From Balanoglossus misakiensis (taxonomy: Eukaryota; Animalia; Hemichordata), in contig CM082577.2 of the NCBI GenBank assembly GCA_040954595.2, positions 19,814,303-19,878,302 on the forward strand: DNA of 64,000 nucleotides, in the 5' to 3' direction. A model generated the notes under the pieces. The model saw nothing but the letters and a program-made list of their open reading frames with translations. It ran no database searches and was not told the origin of the DNA. Shown here one piece after another: positions 53,106 through 63,901 of the stretch. The position numbers were made by a program, and so were the translations under genes. Position 1 is the first letter of the stretch. Every line of letters starts with the position of its first letter.

Positions 53106-54026
53106 ACGAACTACGCTACGAACCAACAAACACCACAAATAAAAGAAGAAACAGACAAAGAAACAACATCATCTGGTACAACCAACAAAAACGTCAGCAC
53201 CAACATCGGACAGAAATTCCTCCTCCTCATAGACAAATGCTTCCCACAAGACAACAAACTCAGGAAAATATTCAACAGGAACACGATGAAAATTAGCTAC
53301 AGCTGTATGAACAACACGAAGCAGATCATCGACAACCACAACAAACGCATCATACGACAACAACACAGACGAGACCGACAACATCAAGACTTGCAACTGC
53401 CGACAAAAGGACAAATGCCCGCTCGACGGTAACTGCCTCCAAAACTTCGTCATCTACCAGGCCACAGTTACGCGCACAGACAGCAACACCTCAGGATACA
53501 TACGTCGGACTTACCGAGAACGACTTCAAAACAAGATACAGAAACCACACTTCATTTTTCCGACTCGCACGCTCCAGGAACTCCACTGAACTCAGCAAAC
53601 ATATTTGGACTCTGAAGGACAACGACATCGCCCACACTATTTCATGGAAAATTTTAGCCAAAGCCAAACCATACAACAGCGCAACCAAACGGTGCAACCT
53701 CTGCTTAACAGAGAAATTTATTATCATTCGCAACCCAGAAATTTCCGCACTCAATAAAAGAAACGAACTTGTGTCCTCTTGTCGACACAGACACAAAGCA
53801 TTGCTACGCAACAACTAAATCTAGAAACTCCCCACACACCAGCTATACACATTGTTATGCAAAACGGCCCACCCCAACTTACATTCAACCACCTGTGTAC
53901 CTGCATAAAAACGCGCCTTCCCCCTTGCATTTTCGCCAGTTTGATCTCCTGATGAGTGAGTCTAGTGACTCACGAAACAGCGTTGTAGAGATTTTACCGC
54001 CTTTCGTTTCTCCTACTACCCTTCTT
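53105..54026 (+). mobile_element. 5'-truncated Penelope-like retroelement with C-terminal GIY-YIG endonuclease (Nematis/Neptune type), frameshifted
   Basis: [35 protein letters not shown]...YVG, RYRNH, RCNLCLTEK, LNKRNELVSSCRH, stop at 53816-53818, followed by a pLTR-like tail. Confidence 0.88.
53944..53992 (+). ncRNA. Type I minimal hammerhead ribozyme
   Basis: AUCUC / CUGAUGA / GUGAGUC-uagu-GACUCAC / GAAA / C-agcguu-GUA / GAGAU; all core nucleotides present. Confidence 0.85.
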
Positions 54027-54091
54027 TATGTATGTATGTTTGTATGTATGTGTGTATGTATGTATGTATGTATGTATTAAGGATGTAAACA

Positions 54092-54365
54092 TTGAAAATA
54101 CCGCTGATAAAAAACAAGTGGACACACTCATCACAGAATTTAAAAAAAACATTAACTGCTGCTGTTAATGTAATGTGTATGTCAAAACATAACTTCTACT
54201 ACCCAAATTTAATTTTAACAGAAAAAAATCTAAAGGAAATCGAAGATGAAATTGTAAGTAATATAAGACATTGGTTTGACTTGAACCAATCATTATCAAG
54301 ATCCTTCTTTTTTACTCTAAAATCAGCTGGTGGAATGGGGTTAATTAACCCACATATCATGTATT
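54092..54365 (+). pseudogene. Non-LTR (R2/R4/NeSL-like) RT C-terminal relic, resuming after the C2 insertion at about 55031-55075
   Basis: IRHWFDLNQS...FFF..KSAGGMGLINPHIMYY pattern resembles the post-RT GGxGL region. Confidence 0.45.
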
Positions 54366-55030
54366 ATTATACACCTACTGCTGTAACCTATGGAGTTCCG
54401 TAATACAATAATTCACGGTATCACCGTACAATAATTATTCAAATGAGGACGCGGAGTCCAATAACACCAGGGTTATTGGACGCATCATGACTTTGACCTC
54501 ACATATAGTGATCAATGTAAACAATGATGATATTAACCCTACTCTGACAAAAATTTATATAAAAAGTACACAGCCGTTATTAAACAAAATTATTGGTGAC
54601 CCAAGATGCGAAATAAGTCAAAATCCTCGATGAAATTTCAGTCGAAGGAATCTGCGAACGAACTGGCGAGCGCGTTCATTTCAAGTTCCAGAACGAGCTC
54701 AGCGCAAGCAGCGTAGAACGTCGCGCGTGAGACAGGCAGTTCGACACTAGCATCACCTGATGCGCGAGGTGAAGGCGCGTTCGATATGCAAATTACATCA
54801 TGGCGGCGTCTGAAAACTAGAAAGTCCGATAGCGGCCTATTTATTCTTTATCGTTCATCAAGGATGTCCGGAAAAGGTGTATAATAATAAGGTTATTCAC
54901 AAAATACCGGGATTTATGTCCGAGTACATCGTACGCTTCGGTATTGTCCTCGACGCTGCGCGTCTCGGACAATACCTGCGCGGTACGATATACTTGGACA
55001 TAAATCCCGCTATTTTGTGAATAACCTTAT
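54366..55030 (+). repeat. Family C2 copy 3 (most complete, with terminal hairpin 54888-55028)
   Basis: Near-identical to 13911-14530 and carries a ~47-bp segment missing from copy 1. Confidence 0.82.
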
Positions 55031-55589
55031 ATTATGCCAAACACTATTTATCAGTTATGAATGATGACGAACGTTCTGGCATATATACCGCAACCGTGCC
55101 GCAACAGACTCCACTGATCACCAGATAATATCAAACTCCCTGTTTACTTTACTTTTGCGGTATATGCGCCGCAAAAGGCTCCACTGATCACCAGTAGTAC
55201 AAGACACTCTGTGTTTACTTAAATGTTGCGGCATACGTGCCGCAAAAGGCTTGACTGATCGCCAGAAGTGTGCCGGTACTGGCGACCATCGGCGAATAGT
55301 CGCCACAATTTTGCGGTCAGAATTTTATGTGCCGCACCTTCGCCGCATGTTTGCCGCAAAAAAACAACTTCGTAAGGGAGTAGCTAGTATTATTGCCCCA
55401 TCATGTGACATACATAATTCTGTCATCACAGATGACAAAATTCATTTTGAATGTGTCGGAACACTATATCTAAGAGATGTGAAATACATAAAATTACTGA
55501 AAAGAGAAAGCAAAATCACAAATGGTGCATTTGATATATAATCGCAGATTGCTTGTCCCACAAAGACTGGGCCATAAACTTTCACAGTG

Positions 55590-55636
55590 ACAATGACGAC
55601 AACAGCTGTGATGCTGATGATGATAATGACGACAAC

Positions 55637-55675
<39 letters not shown>
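55590..55675. repeat. (GAT)n microsatellite
   Basis: Read directly; source of the poly-M/D/H/I ORFs. Confidence 0.9.
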
Positions 55676-55676
<1 letters not shown>

Positions 55677-55816
55677 GGAGGGTGGATGAGGAAAAGGAAG
55701 AGGAGGGGAGTGGTGACCATCATGGGGATGGGTAGAATGCATTGTTTTACAGTAGTAGCAGTAACAGTACATTAATAGCTATGACAGCATACTAGTACAT
55801 GTATAAATAAACCGAA

Positions 55817-56980
55817 CCCTTATGAAAATATAGAGTTATAGGCCTTGTCGCGATATATTGCAGCAGCTCTACAGCAGGTTTGCTGCAGCTCTACAGCAGG
55901 TAGACGCAGCAGAGCCGTTTTTTCGCATGCAAATTAGGTGATTCTGCAGAGCTGCGGCAGAGACTGCCGCATCCTTGCCGCAGCCAGTACATACGCTACA
56001 GAAATGCTGCAGCCCTGCCGCACTGACAGCTCTGCAATAGGTTTGTTGCAGCTCTGCAGCAGTTATTAACGTGGAGATGCGGCAGAGCCGTTTTTTCACA
56101 TGCAAATTAGGTTATTTCATGGTGGCCGGCAACAGTTGCTGCCAGAAACTGATCTGTTCTGATCGTTGGACAGGGCCAACCAACACCAATCGGCATCATC
56201 AACCAAACCCAGCCCTGCCCGTAAATGCCTGAATAAGTTCAGCCATAAAAATATCTCAACATCGATCATCAACATCACTACATTACTCAAATAACAAGTT
56301 ACGAATAAATCCAGTAAAATATGTGTCAACAATCAATGTTTAAAAAATGTAATGCCTGCCTAGCTTGAACTTGAAGAAACTTGGGATCTATCATCTAGCG
56401 GTCTTCCCTTTCCAAGTTCTGTAAAATATTTTCAGATGTACACTAGGATGATCAGTGTCTTCTACTGACCTCCGTGTTGGCATCTGGTACATCCAAAAGC
56501 ATTAAATGAAAGACAGTCCACCTGGACATACTCATGATGTGGCAGCTAGCTGGAGACACTTGTAGTTTGAAGCTTGCAAGTTTAGAAAATGGCGGCAAAA
56601 TGACTTTGGCCAATTACTAGCTTTGTTTCACATCACCTGATATCCATTAAGGTCAACCTAAGTTGGAGATCATAAAAAGGTTAATTCTTGTGTCCCTGCA
56701 TGGATTTGTACCTTCTTGCATCATTTCTGCATAGAGAAAAGCCTGGCATCTTTGCGGCTACTTTGCGGCAAGCTCTTGTGTCCTTATTGCAAGGATTACC
56801 ACCTCTACTGTAGAGCCACATTTAGTTGCGACCTGCCGCATTGCCTCTGCTGCAGAGACACTCTCTGCGAATACACCACAGCGTGTCTGCAAGAGCACCA
56901 CAATGCCTTCACAGCAGAACTGCTGCAGAGCTGCTGCAGGCTGCTGCAGAGCTGCTGCTTTGTTGGCATTTTTGTAAGGG
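55817..56980. mobile_element. CCC...GGG-ended non-autonomous element with CTGCAG-rich subterminal repeats (CMC/EnSpm-like)
   Basis: TIR CCCTTATGAAAAT / ATTTTTGTAAGGG; a related GTAAGGG end at 55372-55378. Confidence 0.55.
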
Positions 56981-57677
56981 TTTGCACAAGCAATGACTCC
57001 CCAAATTTTGCCGTATTCGCTGTCGATGACCGTAATAATATCACAAAACAGTCAAAATAAATGGGCCAAAGTCCTGTTTTTGTTAGGCCTAAAATAAATA
57101 AAATAGGGGTCTAAACTTGCTCATCTGTTGCTTTACCAACAATCAAACAAACAGTTTATGTTCCTCCCAAACTCAATGATGCTTTTCATTGCAATTACAC
57201 ATTTTCAATTCAGTAGGACTGTAAAAGCTTATGTCTGAGATCTGTATAGCAGAAGTTCTCCGCTAAAGGTGCCAAGATATGTAGGTGAGCCTACACTCGG
57301 AAGAAAATATAAAATTTAACCATCGCAAGCGGGAGGAGTGTTAAGATCGCAACTTGTTAAATATGAAGTTCTGTACAGCTATGATATACGAAAAGTAACT
57401 ACATGTATATATGTACAGAAAAAAAATGTACCTAAATAATATGACTATGGTCTGCCCCCCCCCCCCCCCCGCCCCCTGCCATAGAAAGGTGAACGGGTAG
57501 GTGTCGCCCCCTTAAATATATAATGAATGGGTCTTTTTAAAAAAACCTAAACATGGGTCGACTTTTCATATGAAAAATCCCCGAACATGGGTCGGAAACA
57601 CAACAAACGTCCCTAAACGATAAAAACTTCAAGACCCCGCTCAAGACCCACCCATCAGCACAGGCACCACCAATGTT

Positions 57678-57850
57678 TAGACTCTCTCACAGCCCACGGT
57701 TCGCTACAACAAGCTCTTCACTGACGCGCCCTCAACCGTTTGGCAAGGGAGAAGCACCGTTTGGTGTTGTGTAGGGAACCTCTCGCCGGGCACACATGCA
57801 ATCAGACCATAAGCCTGCATGGATGGCGAGAGGGGCTGTGAGAGAGTCTA
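57678..57850. mobile_element. AcademH-like MITE
   Basis: 18-bp TIR TAGACTCTCTCACAGCCC; 10-bp TSD CACCAATGTT / CACCGAAGTT (8 of 10 match). Confidence 0.75.
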
Positions 57851-57872
57851 CACCGAAGTTGCGCTTTAATAA

Positions 57873-58889
57873 TAGACAAGTGACCGATCGGTCAAAAGAG
57901 CTCTGCTGACTTTAACAGTCAGTGTAACCTGGGCAATGATATAAATACACTAGGTTTTAATTCATAACAATTGTATTCTATTGAACAAAACCAAACAGAC
58001 ATCACAAGTATTTATCCAAATTCAGCTTGATTCATTGTGCTAAAGAAAGAAAGAATTGAATCCTAAAGAACAACATCAAAAGGAAGCACCAAGGTTCTAA
58101 TTTGCATATTCATGACCCCATCAAAAATCCAATAACAAAATCAGGTAGGGGCACCATAACACACATTCCTACCAAATTTCAGCTCCATCGTACATGTAGT
58201 TATGGAGAAGAAGATTTTTGGCCAAAAATTCTAGTTTTAGATCTAATTTGCATATTTATGACCCCATCATATCCAAATTAACAAACTCTGGTAGGGGCAC
58301 CATAACACACATTCCTACCAAATATCAGCTCCATCGTACATGTAGTTATGGAGAAGAAGATTTTTGACCAAAAATTCTATTTTTAGATCTAATTTGCGTA
58401 TTTGTGACCCCATCATATCCAAATTAACAAAATCAGGTAGGGGCACCATAACACACATTCCTACCAAATATCAGCTCCATCGTACATGTAGTTATGGAGA
58501 AGAAGATTTTTGACCAAAAATTCTATTTTTAGATCTAATTTGCATATTTATGACCCCATCAAATCCAAATTTACAAAATCAAGTAGGGGCACCATAACAC
58601 ACATTCCTACCAAATTTCAGCTCCATTGTACATGTAGTTGTGGAGAAGAAGATTTTTACCAAAACTTCTATTTTTAGATCAAATTTGCATATTCATGACC
58701 CCATCAAATCCAAATTAACAAAATCAGTTAAAGGCACCATAACACACATTCCAACCAAATTTCAGCTAAATATGCCAAGTTGTTTATTAAAGAAGAAGAT
58801 TGAAATACAAAAAGTTGACGGACGACGGACGGACTCTTATCAACCTACTTCTACAGCTCAGCTGACACAAGTGACAGCAGAACTAAAAA
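57873..58889 (-). mobile_element. Helentron-type element carrying a 146-bp tandem array
   Basis: End hairpin TGACCGATCGGTCA, (GACG)n tract; array unit marker at 58145, 58291, 58437, 58583 and about 58728. Confidence 0.75.
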
Positions 58890-59283
58890 GGGGAAGGTGT
58901 GACACGGGAACGTTATTCAACGTGAAAAACAATCACAGGCACCGCCGTAGTTGTGCTTACAGTATTAAAGCGCAAGTGCGGGGGTCGGGCCTCGGGGTCT
59001 ACGGCCGACCGTGCGCGTGGGTGTGTGATCCATACCCCGCGCGGCTCTCCGATGAGGGCATGCGCTGCGCTGCAGTACCGTGACCCGGGGTGACCCCGCT
59101 GGAGGGCTGAAACGTGGCAACCAGTGTCTTCAGTCTTGTCCATTTCATCATTTATTTTAGTAGAAGATGTCCATGACAACACAAGAAAATACAAAGAAAC
59201 ATTAAATTATAAGTAGTTCACATCATCACAAAGTCTCCAACAAAATCCTGCTGCCTTGACCTGATTCCAACTTCACTAATTAA

Positions 59284-60018
59284 GGGAGCATTCGTTTTTT
59301 ACAGGGAGGGGGGGGGGGCCGGTGGAATTTGAGTCGCCGACTAAATGTAAAAGGCAACCCCCCCTGGAAATTACTTTTCTAAAATGTGACCCCCCCCCCA
59401 AAAAAAAAAGTTTATCCACCGGATTAAACTTATCATGGACACAGCGCTCCCATGAAAAGAATTTGAAACCGATGTTTCCCCTCATCAGTGGGTAGTAAAA
59501 CTGAACATTGTTTTTATTTTTTAAGTATTTGTATTCTGTGTTGGGAGACATTGTAAACCGAGAATTGAAGGGGGTGGGTTTGGGAGGGGGTGTCCCCCTC
59601 CCACGTAAGAAAATTTTATAAAATACAGAGCTCAAAGCTGCATTTTAATGAACCCAGCAAAAGCAAATTAACGTCGCCGCTCAAAGTTATCATGGGGTGG
59701 GGGCAAGTCCCCTGACCTGGGACACTAGATAAACCAGTCAATGATTGAAAGGTGCTGATGAATGGAGGGGGTGGGTGTGGGAGGGGGTGTCCCCCTCCCA
59801 CATTAGAAAATTTTGTAAAATAAAGGACGCGAAACTGCATTTTTGTGGACTCAAAATAAATATTTAGCCGTCAAAGTTTTCAAGTCCCCCCTTTCAGTCC
59901 CTATATAATAATCCCTTGATTATAAAATTTGTCCCCCCCTAAAAACTGCTTTGTAAAAGTAAACCCCCCCCTGATTTCCACCGGCCCCCCCCCCTCCCTG
60001 TAAAAAACGAATGCTCCC
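59284..60018. mobile_element. PIF/Harbinger-type MITE
   Basis: TIR GGGAGCATTCGTTTTTTACAGGGAGGGG, TAA TSD (59281-59283 and 60019-60021). Confidence 0.85.
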
Positions 60019-61306
60019 TAAAGAGAGCCTGGATGTGCTGCTACCATTCATGACCAATACAATAAATCTATCTCTACAATCCCGTGACGTTCCACAATCC
60101 TTCAAGCATGCAGTTGTTACAACCGTAATCAAAAGGACCACCCTGGATAATAACATACTTAAAAACTATCGACCAGTTTCTAACCTGCCATTTCTCTCAA
60201 AGGTCCTTGAGAAGATCGTTGCCATTCAATTTAATACATATCTCACCACAAATTCACTAATGGAACCATTGCAGTCAGCACACAGAAAGTACCATAGCAC
60301 CGAAACAGCTTTACGAAAAGTTCACATTGACATCTGCTTAGCCATCGATTCTGGAAAATGTGTACTCCTTATTCTCTTGGATTTATCTCCTGCCTTCGAC
60401 ATCATCGACCACGGTCTACTGTTAAGAAGGCTATCCAGTCTTGGCATTACTGATATGGCACTCGAGTGGTTTGAATCCTACCTCAAAAATCGAGACCAAT
60501 CCATAATAATAGACAAGATCACCACTCGACCATCACATGTTCGTTTTGGAGTGCCACAGGGTTCAGTTCTTGGCCCCATTTTGTTCACAATCTATATATC
60601 TCCGTTGGGAAAGCTTATTCGTCAGCACAACCTACAATTCCATCAATATGCAGATGACAATCAGATTTACCTTGCCTTCTCTCACACTTCCGCTATAACA
60701 TCAATTGAGGCCTGTATCTCAAGGACTGGATGACTCAAAACAAGCTTCACTCAACTGAGATTCTACATATTCGTTCACAATTCCACCACTCTGTTGATGC
60801 AATTGACAAGATTACCATTGGTTCAAGGTCTGTTCCCGTCGTTAAATCAGCTCGCAATATTGGTGTAACATTTGACAATACGCGTATGTATATAAAGATC
60901 ACATCAAGAAAACTTTTCAATCAATATATGCCCACTTTCGCCGTGTCGGACAAATCAGGAAAGTTTTTAACAAAGCAACATGTCAAACAGTGATTCATGC
61001 TATTTGGCAGTGAAACTCGACTGTGGTAATGCATTACTGTATGGTCTACCAGAAAGCAGTCTCAACCTTCTACAACGCACACAAAATACAGCTGCAAGAA
61101 TCATAACTCTGTCCAGGAAGTCTGCCCATATAACGCCAGTTCTTCAACTTCTTCATTGGTTACCAGTTCGCTACAGGATCGAGTAAAAAATTATTATTCT
61201 GCTATTAAACATATAAAGCCTTATTAAAATAATTTTGCCCCGAACTATATCTGCGATCTTATTCGGACATATTCTCCTGGTCAGAGTCGTCATTCACCTA
61301 TAATAA

Positions 61307-61881
61307 TAGCTCTGCGTACAGGTCTGTGTGTTCCCGGCGTTACACGGCCTCCACCACAGCCCTGCAAGGCGCCATAGAAAAAAACTGGTGCTTCTGCGGT
61401 CCGGATCCGGACCGCAGCTTTTTCGGCCGAAATTCGATTTTATCGAAGCAAAATCCTTTCCCTGTCTACTTCTGCCCCCTAACCGACTCCAAATATGATG
61501 CGATTAACTTGTCCTAACGTCCGAACCGCTCGCGTTTGATTCATTTTTGTGTGTTTACATGTTGAGATCGTCATATATAATTATAACTTATAAGGCTTAC
61601 AATATAAGGCTTACAGCGAGTTTATCTCCATGGGTAAAGAAAAAAGTTTTAGAAAGCGAGCGGTTCGGACGTTAGGACAAGTTAATCGCATCATATTTGG
61701 AGTCGGTTAGGGGGCAGAAGTAGACAGGGACAGGATTTTGCTCCGATAAAATCGAATTTCGGCCGAAAAAGCTGCGGTCCGGATCCGGACCGCAGAAGCA
61801 CCAGTTTTTTCTATGGCGCCTTGCAGGGCTGTGGTGGAGGCCGTGTAACGCCGGGAACACACAGACCTGTACGCAGAGCTA
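61307..61881. mobile_element. Young AcademH-like MITE with ~228-bp near-perfect TIRs
   Basis: TAGCTCTGCGTACAGG...CCTGTACGCAGAGCTA; perfect 9-bp TSD CTATAATAA. Confidence 0.9.
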
Positions 61882-63052
61882 CTATAATAAGAGCACGATA
61901 TGCACTACAATGTACAAACAATCATCATACGGTGGCCGAGCATTCTCCCATGCTGCACCGAAACTCTGGAACTCTCTGCCACAAGACATTCGCCAAGCTC
62001 CAAGTCTGAGCGAGTATCTTTTATATGTAAGAAAAGACTGAAGACGCATTTTTTCGCAAGAGCATATACTGTAGTGTGTTGGCCGGTGAGCGCAAGCACC
62101 TTTGAGTGTGACACTGTTACAGATACTGGCGCTATACAAATTTTTCTGATCAGACTTTGGTGTCAGGAAGGCTTTATTAAACTACATAATCTCATCACTA
62201 TTAAACTATAAATCTACATCTACTGCCCCCATACTAAATGTATACAAAATGCAAAAGACAGTCAAAAAGTACAAGCACGTCATGAAAGGTAATATTGTAA
62301 AAGATCAAGCAACTACAAGACAGAGGGATGGGAGGCACGTGCAGGTTGAAAAGCAAACTGATTTGACAAATTGAAAGCAGCGTGTCCGAGCAGTGCCGCC
62401 TGTTAAAGTACTGAGCCACACGGCGAAAGGTGGCCTCCCCTGATTGGCTGAAAGTTAGTCATGTGGGATTAACTGTAGCATGCGTGATTTAAACACCTCG
62501 AAAAGAAGCTAAACAATCAGAATCTGTTGAATAAATTGTCCTCTTTTTGATCGTCATATGGATAACTTGTTGGGGCCCAAGGCCTGTGGCCGATGTTCTT
62601 TTTAATAGGGGCCCAACCCTACTGGGCTAACCAATAGGACTAGAAGCCTAGTTTTCATTGTTAGACAGGGACCAATATGGGAACATAAATTTGACAAAAA
62701 TTTGGGTGACCTTGGGTAACCTTTGACCTACTTTCCCTTATCTCGGCATCACAGTTTTTGTTTGAACCTTTGAATGTTTAATTAGTCATGTGACCCGGCG
62801 GCCACATTGGATTTTTCTGAAAAAAATGCAAATATCAGATCTCAGAATCTACTAGGCCGATCGACTGTAAATTTGGTGTGCAGCTAGCCTACCGTCTGTC
62901 CATCATTATTCCCCATTGAAATCATGACGCCGAACATGAAGCTGTTTTGCTCTGTGTTTTTTGTGTAAAATGTTAGTTTGTTGTTTGTTTATTTATAAAT
63001 ATGTTCATGTTTGTTTGTTGACATTTTAGGGTCAGGGTACATTCAACGGTTA

Positions 63053-63730
63053 GGGACCGTTCAGTTTTTACGATTGGAGCGGGCGCCAAATTTGTGTCAT
63101 CGTTTTTCAAAATCAGGCAGACCCCCCTTTAACCCAGGACCAAAAAATGATGACCCCCCCCCCTTTGACAGGCAAAAAATATGATGACCCCCCCCCCCCA
63201 CCCCCACCCCAACCCCGAAAACATTACACAACTACTTGTGGAGAAAAAAAAGCTTGCTTCCAAAGGCCTGCTCGCCATCCTGATACTATACTGTATGCCA
63301 CGAAGGGAAAGAGGCTCCCCACACCTCAATTATAAATTTCTTAGTATAGTGTTGCAATTGTCGTGTCATGTTGTTTTGTTCCGGGTCTGTGCTGACTGTT
63401 GTACAGTGGAAATGTGTGTGTTTTTCAACTCTTGTCACCATAGATTCCTTACACGCAAAAAGTACACCAGAAAACAAACAGTAAACACAGTTGACATAGA
63501 TCCATTACAGAATGAACACAAAACACGGTTACTAGAACCGTGAATGTAAGTGGAAAAACACACACATTTCCATTGTACAGAGGCGTAGTTGGGGGGGGGG
63601 GGCAAGAGTATGTGAACCCCCTAAAAGTATCGAAAAAAAGACAACCCCCCCCTTTTGGATTTCAAAATTTAAGTGACCCCCCCCCCTGGATTTTGCCCCC
63701 CCCCCCAGGCCGTTAAAAGTTAACGGTCCC
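63053..63730 (-). mobile_element. PIF/Harbinger-type poly-C MITE
   Basis: TIR GGGACCGTT, TTA TSD; inverted relative of 38078-38793. Confidence 0.8.
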
Positions 63731-63790
63731 TTAAAAGGCCTTTTCTCAAAAACTACAGAGCAGTTGTGTGTGGCAAGTACGGTCACGTCT

Positions 63791-63901
63791 CAATCTGATT
63801 AAAATGAGATGTAGGGAACGGCGACGTGGTTTTTTTATGCTGTGAGGCGACAGCATGAAAAAACCACGTCGCCGTTCCCTAATCTGATTTTAATCAGATT
63901 G
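63791..63901. mobile_element. 111-bp palindromic MITE (CAATCTGATT family)
   Basis: Almost fully palindromic; perfect 10-bp TSD GGTCACGTCT. Confidence 0.85.

Larger units (their letters stand above)
59200..62145 (+). mobile_element. Degraded L2-clade LINE (RT), interrupted by two MITEs
   Basis: KSCCLDLIPTSLI|KESLDVLLP across the 59284 MITE; NYRPVSNLPFLSK, LDLSPAFD, GVPQGSVLGP, YADD, LHWLPV; L2-type 3' end TTTGAG...GGCGCTATACAAAT; frameshifts. Confidence 0.88.

Noticed and set aside
55442-55775. Poly-His/Ile/Asp/Met ORFs
   Set aside because: Translations of the (GAT)n microsatellite
58097-58802. Regularly spaced repeats as a CRISPR array
   Set aside because: Whole 146-bp units repeat with no unique spacers, there are no cas genes, and the context is eukaryotic
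60011-60733. 240-aa RT ORF as a functional gene
   Set aside because: Its ATG comes from the Harbinger MITE TIR, and the LINE is truncated, frameshifted and interrupted twice
61326-61860. Two near-identical ORFs on opposite strands
   Set aside because: They are the two arms of one MITE palindrome
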